Source: Nitrospirota bacterium (GTDB taxonomy: Bacteria; Nitrospirota; UBA9217). From it: 64,000 nucleotides of DNA. The notes below the pieces were generated by a model that saw nothing but the letters and a program-made list of their open reading frames with translations, was not told where the DNA came from and did not search any database. The DNA is taken from contig CAVUCU010000001.1 of NCBI GenBank assembly GCA_963740085.1, positions 1,344,001 to 1,408,000 on the forward strand, written 5' to 3'. Below are positions 17,949-27,791 of the stretch, one piece after another. The translations under genes were made by a program, and so were the position numbers. Each line of letters starts with the position of its first letter. The stretch's first letter is position 1.

Positions 17949-19199
17949 ATGAAGAAGATCGGGGGATTTGCTTACTGGCTGCTGCCGCTGCTGTTGGGAG
18001 TCATGATCGGTATCGGTTTCAACCGCATGATACTCTTTGATCCCGTGCCGTCCGCCGATATCCCGAGCTCGGCGACCCGGGACTTTCAGTTGATGGCCGA
18101 AGCCTGGAACTCGATCGAGCAGCAGTATGTCGACCGATCCGCCGTGCAACCGCGCGTGATGACCTACGGCGCCATCAGCGGCATGGTGGATTCCCTGGGT
18201 GACACGGGTCATAGCGTATTTTTGACCCCCGAAATGGTGCGGACGTTGAGCGGCGTGGAGCGCGGCGAATTTGCCGGCATCGGCGCCGAACTCCGGATGA
18301 AAAATAACCGGGCGGTCATCGTCGCGCCCATGGACGGCACACCGGCGCAAAAAGCCGGTCTTCGTCCCGGCGACATCATCATTCGGGTGGACGGCCGGAA
18401 TGTGGAGGGCCTGCCGTTGCCGGAGGTTGTGGATAAAATAACCGGCCCCGCGGGCACGCGGGTGTCGCTGACACTGAAAGACCCGGCAACGGGGAAAGAG
18501 CGCGTAGTCGAGATCACCCGTGCGAACATATCGATCCAAAGCGTGACCTGGAACAGGCTCCCCGGCACAGATACAGCCCATGTACGGATCTCGCTCTTCA
18601 GCAAGGGAACATCCGATGCCCTGGAAAAAGCAATTGTCGAAATCGAACGGAGCGGGGCCACCGGACTGGTCCTCGATCTCCGGAACGATCCGGGTGGTCT
18701 TCTGGATATGGCGGTGGGCGTGGCGAGTCAATTCCTGAAAGAAGGAGACGCGCTGCGGGAAAAAGACGCAAAAGGAAAGGTCCGGCACGTACGAATTGAA
18801 CCTGGTATCAGGAAAAGCGTCCTTCCTCTTGTGGTTCTCATAAATTCCGGGACCGCCAGCGCTGCTGAGATCGTTGCCGGCGCGCTCCAGGATTCAAAGT
18901 GCGCGACCTTGGTGGGAGAAACCACCTTCGGCACCGGTACGGTCCTGAAAACGATCCCGCTCTCCGACGGATCGGCCCTGCAGCTCGCTATTCTGGAATG
19001 GCTTACCCCGAAGGGCCGCGCTATCTGGCATAAAGGCATCACGCCCGATGTCGTGGTTTCTCTTCCTGCTGAAGCAGGTCCGCTGGTTCCCGAAGCTGAG
19101 CAAGGCATGACCGCGGCGGAACTGCGGACGAGCAAAGACACTCAGTTGCTACGCGCTCTCGACATCTTGCGAAACAGGCCGCCGTCTCGGTGCATATGA
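17949..19199 (+). CDS. S41 family carboxyl-terminal processing protease (CtpA-like)
   Basis: PDZ domain (GIGAE...PAQKAGL), DLRNDPGG, TASAAEI and GETTFGTG. Confidence 0.92.
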   Translation: MKKIGGFAYWLLPLLLGVMIGIGFNRMILFDPVPSADIPSSATRDFQLMAEAWNSIEQQYVDRSAVQPRVMTYGAISGMVDSLGDTGHSVFLTPEMVRTLSGVERGEFAGIGAELRMKNNRAVIVAPMDGTPAQKAGLRPGDIIIRVDGRNVEGLPLPEVVDKITGPAGTRVSLTLKDPATGKERVVEITRANISIQSVTWNRLPGTDTAHVRISLFSKGTSDALEKAIVEIERSGATGLVLDLRNDPGGLLDMAVGVASQFLKEGDALREKDAKGKVRHVRIEPGIRKSVLPLVVLINSGTASAAEIVAGALQDSKCATLVGETTFGTGTVLKTIPLSDGSALQLAILEWLTPKGRAIWHKGITPDVVVSLPAEAGPLVPEAEQGMTAAELRTSKDTQLLRALDILRNRPPSRCI

Positions 19200-19212
19200 T
19201 CCAATCACTGAT

Positions 19213-19977
19213 TTAATCGTCGGGTGCGAACAGAGAATCAGGCAGCGGCGGATTCACACGGTACTCGGTGATGCGGACTTCCCCGATCCGTTGTCCCCCG
19301 GCGTAGTTCACGATCCGGAAAGGGAAAATCCGTCCGTTCACCTTCCTGAAGTCATGAAATTCCGACGACAGTTCCGTAACCGCGCCGTTCATCGAGAAAT
19401 CCCCGGAATCCTTGACGATCCTGCGGCTCTTCCTGTCGATGAATAACTTCATGGGTGGACCTTCACTGTCCCTGAGCAGCAGTATCCTCACCAGCCTGCC
19501 GTTTACCGTGCCTTTGCCTCCGTCAATGATCGAGAATGACGAGGTCATCAGCTGATGGGGCATGGTTAGCTCTTTGAATTGGTATGCCATGGAAAGAAGG
19601 CGCGAACCGGAAACCGCAATCAGCGGAGAACCGGTTGTCCGGTAATACCCCCGCTTTCCGTTCAGGATCCTGAGCTCAAGGGAGTCATCCGAGCGGATTT
19701 CCACGCGAAGTTTTCTGTCCCGCTTGAGTGCAAGTGAGTATTCCGCCGGTCTCTCGTACAAGGGCGACTCAAGCACGCCCCGTGCGGACAGGGAATGCAG
19801 GTTCTCCAGTACTGCCGGTCCCCCGTAGGCGTCGATGGTCTGTCGCACGAGGGTCCCGATCATCGGCGAAGAGCGGGGCGCTTCTTGCTGCGCGAAACCG
19901 GGATCCCCGCCAAAAAGCAGCGCCGTTGCCAGGAGAAGGGGAAAGACGTTTACAAGAGTGAAGAAAACGACGCGCAT
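19213..19977 (-). CDS. Exported beta-rich hypothetical protein, LolA/outer-membrane-sorting-like fold suspected
   Basis: Signal peptide from ATG 19977; IDAYGG...L...S at the N-terminus and DFRKVNG..FPF...NPPLPDSLF at the C-terminus. Confidence 0.6.
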   Translation of the reverse strand: MRVVFFTLVNVFPLLLATALLFGGDPGFAQQEAPRSSPMIGTLVRQTIDAYGGPAVLENLHSLSARGVLESPLYERPAEYSLALKRDRKLRVEIRSDDSLELRILNGKRGYYRTTGSPLIAVSGSRLLSMAYQFKELTMPHQLMTSSFSIIDGGKGTVNGRLVRILLLRDSEGPPMKLFIDRKSRRIVKDSGDFSMNGAVTELSSEFHDFRKVNGRIFPFRIVNYAGGQRIGEVRITEYRVNPPLPDSLFAPDD

Positions 19978-20183
19978 CGACAACCTCGGATCCAGCGTTC
20001 GAAACCATGCCCTTGACGTAGCGCAGCACGGGTACGAATCGTCATTGCATCTCATCGACAGAAAACACTTCTGTGCTCGCAAACTGCGATGGGTCCGTCT
20101 TTCTACGGCATCCCCCTGCCGCATGATCTCTCGAGGACCTGACCACGCACTCTTCGGGGAAAGTATTTCAGAGCAGGGCTTAC

Positions 20184-22853
20184 TCAGGGCTTCGCGATCG
20201 GTCCCACGGTTATTTGGGCAAAACCTGTCGGTCGAATCCACTTGGCAAAAGCCTCTTGAACCTGGCCGGCAGTCGTGTCAACAAAATGCCTGGCGGCTTG
20301 AATCGGTTCGTCGAGAGGCAGGTCTTCCTCCGAGCGGGACAGCAGTCCTCCCGCAATGGCGTCTGTGTTTTCTTCCGAGAGCGTCAGCCGACGGAGGAGA
20401 AGAATTTTGGCCCTCCGCAGTTCCGTTTCCGTAACGGGAACCGTCTGCAGCTCGCCGATGTCCCGATTCACGATGGCACGGGCACTCTCGACATTCGAGG
20501 GGTCGCATGCAAAGAAGACTCCGAAAACTGATCGTGTCTTTTTCGCCTCGATGAAGGACTCCACGGTATATACCAGGCCGGTCTGTTCGCGCAGGTCGCG
20601 GTACAGCCGCGAAGCATAAAACGCGCCCGACAGGACATGATTGCCAAGTACCAGTTTATAGTAGTCGGGGTGGGAGCGTCTGATGCCGATCGTCTCGGCC
20701 AGGGTTACCTCATCCTGGACCCTGCTCTCGTCAGGTACCCTGACCGCGGAGGGCTTGTTGGACGGCACCGGCGGGAGGTCTGTTTCCGGCTTTCTGCCCT
20801 GTGATTTCCATGAACCAAAATATTTTTCAACGACGGACCTCGCCTGTCCGGGAGTTATCCTGCCGATGACCACGATCGTTGACAGGTCAGGGCGAAACAC
20901 CTTGTCATAATACATTCTGACATCGTTCAAGGTCAACTTGCCTACCGTCTCAGGCAAGGCCTGACGGAGCGACGGATCATCCCGGGGATAGAGTGCTTCG
21001 CGAAGTGTGCGCCGTGAAACATAGGAAGGGCTCGAAAGAAGGCCGGGCAGTGAACTTAATTTTTCCTGCCGTACGATCTCAAAAGCGGAATTGGGAAGCG
21101 CGGGGTGAAGTAGATTGTCGGCAAGAAGCTCCATGCCGCGGTCTATCTTGTCGGCGATGACCCTGAGCGAAAAACCCGTTCCCGTCGAGATCTCCGCGCC
21201 GATATCGTCCTGTGCCTTCTGAAACGCCAGCCGGTCCAGGGACGTTGTTCCGTAAGAGAAGAGACTTTCAAGGACATCAGCGACCCCTTCCTTTCCCTTC
21301 GGCTCTTCAAGCTCCGGTTTGTTCTTGATATGCCCTGTGACGGTTACCGTGGGGCTTACGTTTTCCGGCTGAACGATCAGACGGATGCCATTGGATAACC
21401 TGAAGACCGTGGGTTGGACCCTTGAAACCGGAACAGCGGGCAAGGACTCGACTCTTTTTGCCCAATCAGGAAGTTTGGCCAGCGTGACCACCTTCGGGGC
21501 GAACGACTCCTTGCCGCCAAAACCTTTTGATGACACCGGTTTGCTCGAGGGGCGTGGTGTAAGAACTGCCGTGATCGCGGTATCATTCAAAAGATACTGC
21601 CTGAAAACGCGGTTCACATCTTCCACGGTTACTTTTTTGAATGCCGTGATGTCCTCATCCGGAGAGTATCGGCCCTCGACCGCAAGGGCTTGAGACCAGA
21701 TATTGGCGAGACCGGAAATAGAATTGGTCTGAAATTCAGCATCGGTGATTTCGTGACGCTTCGTGGCCTCCACGATGTCGGCCGGGACGCCCTTTTTTGC
21801 GTAATCGGCGATTACGCTCTTTATCGAGGAAATGAGACCGGAACCGTCCCCTCCGGCGGGGAAAGCCGCTGAGGCATAACCGAACGACGCTTTCGGAAAG
21901 GCCTCGCCGTCAAAACCGGTAAAGAGAGCCTTCCCTTCAGTGACCAGCGAATAAAGATTACCCCGGCGACTATCGAGTACGTCGGCCAGGATCTGTCCTG
22001 CCGCAAAATCCGGGCTGTCGTAGCCGGGAAGGCGAAATGCGACAACAGCAAGCCCGTAGGGCAGATCGGAGTCAAGATTGATCGCAGCGGGTTTGAGTGA
22101 CTCAAGATGAACATCCGTGCGGGGAGGGACCGGTCTTGAAGGAATCGGCTCAAACAGCGCCCTCACCTTTTCCAGTGTTCGCCCGGGATCGACATCACCC
22201 GCGATGATGAGGATGGCGTTATTCGGGGCGTACCATGCATTGTAAAAGGCCTTAAGCATGGCGCCGGTCGTCTTGTCGAACGAGGGGCGTGTGCCGAGGG
22301 CGTCATGGGAATAGGGCGTACCGGGAAACAGATCCTCGAGAAGTCGCGTGCTCAAAACATATTCGGGGCTCGAAAGGTCCCGGGCCACTTCTTGCTCTAT
22401 CGCTCCCCGTTCCTGTTCCCAAAGCTCCTCGGTGTCGAGTACGCCGCTCATGCGTACCGCTTCCAGATTCAATGCGACGTCGAGGTCATCCTTCGGTACC
22501 GTAAGGTAATACTGGGTAACGGCCTGCTGAGTGTCGGCGTTAAAGTCGCCTCCCATCAAGGCGATAATGTTCGCGAGTTGAGCGGCTGACAATCCCGGAT
22601 TGCCTCGAAACATCATGTGTTCCTGGGCATGAGCCATTCCGGGAAAGCCGTCAGGCGCATCATTCGAACCCACGAGGTAGTTCATTTCCGTCGTAACTAC
22701 GGGTGCCAGTGTATTCGGGATAATCACCACGCGCAGGCCATTGGTAAGCGTTGCGCGAAGAACACTGGCATCGTGGTACGCCCGCGCCTGCATCGGCAAC
22801 AGCAGCAGACACATGACTGTTGCACACGCGAAAAGGATCCTTCTCTTCATCAT
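20184..22853 (-). CDS. M16 (pitrilysin) family zinc peptidase, secreted, fused two-half type
   Basis: Inverted zinc motif HAQEH, two L.NG[LI]R repeats, YAPNNA and SRLYRDLREQTGLVY; signal peptide from ATG 22853. Confidence 0.92.
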   Translation of the reverse strand: MMKRRILFACATVMCLLLLPMQARAYHDASVLRATLTNGLRVVIIPNTLAPVVTTEMNYLVGSNDAPDGFPGMAHAQEHMMFRGNPGLSAAQLANIIALMGGDFNADTQQAVTQYYLTVPKDDLDVALNLEAVRMSGVLDTEELWEQERGAIEQEVARDLSSPEYVLSTRLLEDLFPGTPYSHDALGTRPSFDKTTGAMLKAFYNAWYAPNNAILIIAGDVDPGRTLEKVRALFEPIPSRPVPPRTDVHLESLKPAAINLDSDLPYGLAVVAFRLPGYDSPDFAAGQILADVLDSRRGNLYSLVTEGKALFTGFDGEAFPKASFGYASAAFPAGGDGSGLISSIKSVIADYAKKGVPADIVEATKRHEITDAEFQTNSISGLANIWSQALAVEGRYSPDEDITAFKKVTVEDVNRVFRQYLLNDTAITAVLTPRPSSKPVSSKGFGGKESFAPKVVTLAKLPDWAKRVESLPAVPVSRVQPTVFRLSNGIRLIVQPENVSPTVTVTGHIKNKPELEEPKGKEGVADVLESLFSYGTTSLDRLAFQKAQDDIGAEISTGTGFSLRVIADKIDRGMELLADNLLHPALPNSAFEIVRQEKLSSLPGLLSSPSYVSRRTLREALYPRDDPSLRQALPETVGKLTLNDVRMYYDKVFRPDLSTIVVIGRITPGQARSVVEKYFGSWKSQGRKPETDLPPVPSNKPSAVRVPDESRVQDEVTLAETIGIRRSHPDYYKLVLGNHVLSGAFYASRLYRDLREQTGLVYTVESFIEAKKTRSVFGVFFACDPSNVESARAIVNRDIGELQTVPVTETELRRAKILLLRRLTLSEENTDAIAGGLLSRSEEDLPLDEPIQAARHFVDTTAGQVQEAFAKWIRPTGFAQITVGPIAKP

Positions 22854-22929
22854 CAGGCCTCGTGTCGATCCCTTCATCAGCAGGAAAAGGCGATGGGGCT
22901 CCTCCCTCCCCCACCTGGCAAACGTTGCC

Positions 22930-24396
22930 TTACGGCTGTATCGTAAGATAGACCGACCCACCGTCCCTATAGATCAAAAGGAGGACGGTGTCATGCTCGC
23001 CGATCTTTGAAACGATGTCCTCGTACTCCTGCGCGTTCCGGACCGCTTTCCGGTTTATTTCCTGGATCACATCGTTAGCCTGCAAGAGCCCCTGTACCTG
23101 GCTGTCGGACGCTATTTCCGTGACCACCACTCCGGCCAGGCTCTCCGGAAGATTTAATTTATTTCGAAGGCTCGGCGTGAGTTCCTGGACCGTGACGCCC
23201 TTGAGCGCGTTGTTGAATTCAGTTTTTTTCACGACCCGCTTTTCCTGGTACTCGCCCAGCGTAACCGAAATGGTCTGCTCCTTGCCGTTCCTGATGACCT
23301 TGAAATCAGTTTTCGTTCCCGGCGCCATCGCGGCTACCATGTTGCGAAGGGTCGTCACATCGGCGATCTTTTTATCGTTCATCCCGATGACGAGATCTCC
23401 CCTCTTGAGGCCCGATTTTTCCGCAGGACTGTTGTTCTCCACCCCGGAGATGAGGGCACCCTCCGTCTCTTTGATCCCGAGTGATTTCGAGAGCTCGGGG
23501 GTGAGGTTCTGGATGCTTACGCCAAGCCAGCCGCGGATCACTTTGCCGTGCTTGATGATGCTGTCCATGACCGCCTTCGCCATGTCCGAAGGGATCGAGA
23601 ACCCGATCCCCATGTAGCCCCCGCTGGTTGAGAAGATCGCCGTATTGATGCCCACGAGCTCGCCGCTGCCGTTCACCAGCGCTCCTCCGGAATTCCCCGG
23701 ATTGATCGCCGCGTCGGTCTGGATGAAGTCCTCAAAATCGGCCAGCCCGATGTTCGAGCGTCCCACGGCGCTTACGATACCCATGGTTATGGTTTGATTC
23801 AGGCCGAAGGGATTGCCGACGGCAATGACGACGTCGCCGGTCTTCATTCTGCTGGAATCGCCGAACGCGAGCGTGGGCAGTCCTTTTGCATTGATCTTGA
23901 TGACGGCCAGGTCCGTTCGCGGATCAGTACCCACGACCTTGCCCTTGAATTCTCGTTTGTCGAAGAGTATGACCTTGATCTCGTCCGCTCCCTTCACCAC
24001 ATGATTATTGGTCAGGATATAACCATGTTCGGATACGATCACGCCGGAGCCGAGGGCCGATGATTTGAACTTTCGTTTCTGTCCCGGATGTCCGCCGCCG
24101 AACTGATCACCAAAATAGTGCCGGAAGAAGGGGTCGTTGAACATGCCGCCGAAGGGGTCGTCCTCCCTGGTCTCGACTGTTGTTGTTGATATGTTGACAA
24201 CGGCAGGCCTCACTGCTTCGGCAACATCGGCCAAGGCCTCACTCAGCTTGCTGAGCGTTTTGACAGATTCCGCGGAAATATCCTTTTCCCTGGCTGGTGC
24301 AAAGCCGGATGAGGAAAGGCCGGCTGCGAGAATTATCGCTGCAAAAAAAATAAGAATCCTCTTCAGTGTGCCTGTTTGCTTCCACGGTATCTTCAT
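22930..24396 (-). CDS. HtrA/DegQ family periplasmic serine endoprotease with two PDZ domains
   Basis: Triad motifs TNNHV, TDLAV and AINPGNSGG; two PDZ domains; AAGGAGG RBS before ATG 24396. Confidence 0.95.
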   Translation of the reverse strand: MKIPWKQTGTLKRILIFFAAIILAAGLSSSGFAPAREKDISAESVKTLSKLSEALADVAEAVRPAVVNISTTTVETREDDPFGGMFNDPFFRHYFGDQFGGGHPGQKRKFKSSALGSGVIVSEHGYILTNNHVVKGADEIKVILFDKREFKGKVVGTDPRTDLAVIKINAKGLPTLAFGDSSRMKTGDVVIAVGNPFGLNQTITMGIVSAVGRSNIGLADFEDFIQTDAAINPGNSGGALVNGSGELVGINTAIFSTSGGYMGIGFSIPSDMAKAVMDSIIKHGKVIRGWLGVSIQNLTPELSKSLGIKETEGALISGVENNSPAEKSGLKRGDLVIGMNDKKIADVTTLRNMVAAMAPGTKTDFKVIRNGKEQTISVTLGEYQEKRVVKKTEFNNALKGVTVQELTPSLRNKLNLPESLAGVVVTEIASDSQVQGLLQANDVIQEINRKAVRNAQEYEDIVSKIGEHDTVLLLIYRDGGSVYLTIQP

Positions 24397-24604
24397 TGAC
24401 GTCCTCCTTGAGTAATTAGTTTCATACGAATGGATCCCGACAGGTCTTCGCTCAACTTTAAGTATACTGCGAAAAACAGGGAACGGGTGCATGACCGGGT
24501 AAATTCCGGATTGTCCGTGCGATACTACTTTGGTTCTATCGTTCTCCTGTGCTCGTTGACTGCGGTCTTCCCGAGTGATATGCTTTCACCAAAGGAGGAT
24601 CATT

Positions 24605-25018
24605 ATGAATAGGATCATGAAAAAACTAATAATCATTATTGCGGGGACGCTCCTTATGTCAGCGGCATGGGGCGTGGAGACCAGGGACGTATTCACGGCT
24701 ACGGTCGACAGCAGCGGTGTACAGAAGGTTGAAATGGTCGGCGGCAGCTATTATTTCAAGCCCAATGATGTTATCGTGAAAGTAAATTTACCCGTGGAAA
24801 TTACGATTAAAAAAGAACCAGGAATTATCCCCCACAACATCGTCCTTCATGCCCCGGAGGCAGGGATCGACTTCAAGGTAGAGCTTAGCACCGAACCGAA
24901 GGTCATCAAGTTCACTCCGACGAAGGTCGGGAAATATCCTTTTTATTGCAGCAAGCGGTTTCTCTTCTGGACGCACAGAGCCAAAGGCATGGAGGGCGTG
25001 CTGGAAGTGGTAGAGTGA
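24605..25018 (+). CDS. Periplasmic cupredoxin-domain protein
   Basis: Signal peptide, PHN and C-terminal YC........H...GM type-1 copper ligand pattern. Confidence 0.8.
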   Translation: MNRIMKKLIIIIAGTLLMSAAWGVETRDVFTATVDSSGVQKVEMVGGSYYFKPNDVIVKVNLPVEITIKKEPGIIPHNIVLHAPEAGIDFKVELSTEPKVIKFTPTKVGKYPFYCSKRFLFWTHRAKGMEGVLEVVE

Positions 25019-25041
25019 GCCGGGCTGAGGATCTCCATGCT

Positions 25042-25713
25042 ATGAAGCGGATCTTCACGCCAGATGAAGCAAAACGATTTTACGACCGATTCGGTGCCAA
25101 GCAGGATCTGCAGGCTTTTTATGAAAATCCGGCTCTGGATGATCTTATTGCCTATGCTGACTTCGGTCATGCCAGAGCGGTTTTCGAGTTCGGCTTCGGA
25201 ACGGGCCGGTTGGCGGAGCTGCTGTTGTCCCGCCACCTGCCTCAGGACGCGTCGTATACCGGTATCGATATCAGCGCAACCATGTCACGGCTTGCCGGGG
25301 AGCGTCTGCGCCCGTGGCAGGAGAGGTCCGTGGTGAAGGTCCTCGATGGTACAAGAGGCATGGCTTTCCCCGACCAATCATTCGACCGGTTCGTGTCCGT
25401 TTATGTTCTTGATCTCCTGGCTCCTGAAAATATACGGAGCGTCACGGACACTGCACACCGGATCCTGGTCCCGGGAGGCCGCATCTGCCTCGTGAGTCTG
25501 ACGCGAGGGACCACTGCATGGTGCCGCGTCGTCACGCGGGCCTGGGAATTCGTGTATCGGAGAAGTCCCCGGTTGGTAGGCGGGTGCCGTCCCATAGAAC
25601 TGCTCAAGTATCTCAGACCTCATCTTTGGCGGACCGAGCACCATACCATCGTCTGTTCTTACGGAATATCCTCAGAAATCGTCGTCGCCTCGCGAGCGCC
25701 GTCCTTGGCCTGA
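25042..25713 (+). CDS. Class I SAM-dependent methyltransferase
   Basis: VFEFGFGTG, GIDIS, FPDQSFD and RILVPGGR motifs. Confidence 0.85.
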   Translation: MKRIFTPDEAKRFYDRFGAKQDLQAFYENPALDDLIAYADFGHARAVFEFGFGTGRLAELLLSRHLPQDASYTGIDISATMSRLAGERLRPWQERSVVKVLDGTRGMAFPDQSFDRFVSVYVLDLLAPENIRSVTDTAHRILVPGGRICLVSLTRGTTAWCRVVTRAWEFVYRRSPRLVGGCRPIELLKYLRPHLWRTEHHTIVCSYGISSEIVVASRAPSLA

Positions 25714-25808
25714 CCAGAAAGAGATTACGGAAGAAATGCTCGAGATACTCGGGAGCGGGGCATTCTACCGAAGGCAATCTCCAGTCGATTGAGAGGAGGT
25801 ACTTCACC

Positions 25809-27506
25809 GTGTCGATAGGAAAGTACGCTCGCAGCGTCATCCGTTTTATCAGGCTTTTCCTCATCCTGGCCAGGAAAGTCCTCATCAATTTGCCCTATCG
25901 GCTCATGTTCGTTCCCCAGCCGAAAAGCATAAAAGTGATCAGCAAATATCTGAAGACCAGAAGATCGAAGATCAGCGCTCCGCTCATTGCGAGGGAAACC
26001 CTGGAAAGCCTCGGGCCTACCTACGTAAAGTTCGGGCAATTCCTGAGCATCAGGCCGGACCTGATCCCGGCCGAATTCTGCAACGAATTCAGAAAACTGC
26101 AGGACAAGGTCCCCCCTTTTCCCTTCGCACACGCAAAGAGAGAGCTTGAGAACGAGCTGAAAAAGGATCATAACGAAGTATTCAGCGAATTTGACGAAAT
26201 ACCCGTAGCCGCGGCCTCCGTGTCCCAGGTCCACCATGCGAGGCTCCGGTCGGGCGAAGAAGTAGCGGTCAAGGTCCAGCGTCCGGGCATGCGGGCAGAA
26301 ATGGAGGAAGACATACTGATCATGCTGTTTTTCGCCATTCTTCTGGAGAAGTTCGTTCCCTCGCTCAGGAAGAACCGGCCCGTCATGCTGATCCATGAGT
26401 TCTCGCGATGGACCGACCGCGAACTCGATTTCTGCCAGGAGGGAAAGAATGCACTGCATTTTTCCTATTACTTTAAAGACTATCCGCAGGTAACTATCCC
26501 GAAGGTTTTTCTGGAGCATACGACAGAAAAAATCCTCGTCATGGAATTCATCCACGGCGTTAATACGCTCGAAGCCCTCCCGGAGTCCATCGACAAAAAA
26601 GCAGTTGCCCACCTCATTGCAGAGTCCATGCTGAAACAGATTTTCGTGGACGGGTTCTTTCATGGGGACCCGCATGCGGGGAACATCTTTCTCCTGGAGA
26701 AAAATACCATCGCCTATCTCGATTTCGGGATCGTCGGATATTTATCGGAAGACTTGCGGGCGTGGACATTCGACATCCTCTACGGCATGTCGGAGGGCAA
26801 CATCGAGAGGGTCATCGAATCGTTCATGGAACTCTGCAATGTCAGTGAAGAGGAAGTGAACGTCGCTGCCTATCGCCGCCAGATGAATGAGGTGCTTTGC
26901 GAACTGCATATTTGTGAAATGGCCAATATCCCCTTTACGCACATGATGGAGAAATTTTTAAATACGAGCCTCGAATACCGCATCAATATCCCGCATGATT
27001 TTGTGATGATGTCCAAGGCGATCGCGACGCTCGAAGGAACGTGCCTGTCGCTCGATCCGGAAATAAGGATCGTCGAGTATCTGAAGCCCTTTGTGCAGAA
27101 ATATCTGACGACCGTCCCGGAATGGGACGATGTCATAAAACAGCTGAAGGCCGGTCCCTTCGAGATGGGGCGGCTGAAGAGATTGATCGCCAAGCACGGC
27201 GTCAGGGCGCTGCACATCCTCGAGAGGCCCACCTTCCGGATCGAAGGCGGGGAATTCAGGAACATCGTGAGAGAAATGGAGAAGTCGAGCCTCAATGTCT
27301 CCTATGGACTTCTCATCGCCGCTCTGATCGTATTCGCGGCGTCACTGAGCAATGAGAGCGCCTTTGAGGCATGGCTGAAAACGGTCCTTCATTTGCCGGT
27401 GGTTCCGATTCTTCCGCTCATCAGCCTCGTGGCTGCCGGATATTTATGGCTGCGGCTCTACCTGCGTACGCGTCAAAAAAAAGGCGCGAACGATTCTTTG
27501 CGATAA
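25809..27506 (+). CDS. ABC1/AarF/UbiB family atypical kinase
   Basis: LGPTYVKFGQFLS.RPD, AAASVSQVH, VAVKVQRP, FFHGDPHAGN and DFG; GTG start after GGAGG; two C-terminal TM helices. Confidence 0.92.
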   Translation: MSIGKYARSVIRFIRLFLILARKVLINLPYRLMFVPQPKSIKVISKYLKTRRSKISAPLIARETLESLGPTYVKFGQFLSIRPDLIPAEFCNEFRKLQDKVPPFPFAHAKRELENELKKDHNEVFSEFDEIPVAAASVSQVHHARLRSGEEVAVKVQRPGMRAEMEEDILIMLFFAILLEKFVPSLRKNRPVMLIHEFSRWTDRELDFCQEGKNALHFSYYFKDYPQVTIPKVFLEHTTEKILVMEFIHGVNTLEALPESIDKKAVAHLIAESMLKQIFVDGFFHGDPHAGNIFLLEKNTIAYLDFGIVGYLSEDLRAWTFDILYGMSEGNIERVIESFMELCNVSEEEVNVAAYRRQMNEVLCELHICEMANIPFTHMMEKFLNTSLEYRINIPHDFVMMSKAIATLEGTCLSLDPEIRIVEYLKPFVQKYLTTVPEWDDVIKQLKAGPFEMGRLKRLIAKHGVRALHILERPTFRIEGGEFRNIVREMEKSSLNVSYGLLIAALIVFAASLSNESAFEAWLKTVLHLPVVPILPLISLVAAGYLWLRLYLRTRQKKGANDSLR

Positions 27507-27791
27507 GCGGCAGGTTACCGCATTGACCTTGCGGGAGACGGTACTTTGAGAATTGCCTCACGCCCGCCTCATTGAGAACTCAAAGGGGATACGGAAGGTG
27601 AAGCAGCAGAAGCCATTGTGAAATAACGAGGACATCATCTTGCGATCAATGAGCGTTGCGTATGTTGGATAGCCAGTCAAGGATAATGAGGGCATTCTGA
27701 ATCGCTTTTCGGATAACAATACCTTTCTGCGGGCTTGAAATATTGCTATGCTCATGTCTGTAACGCGTGCTTGAACGTTGCAGGTGAGCAC

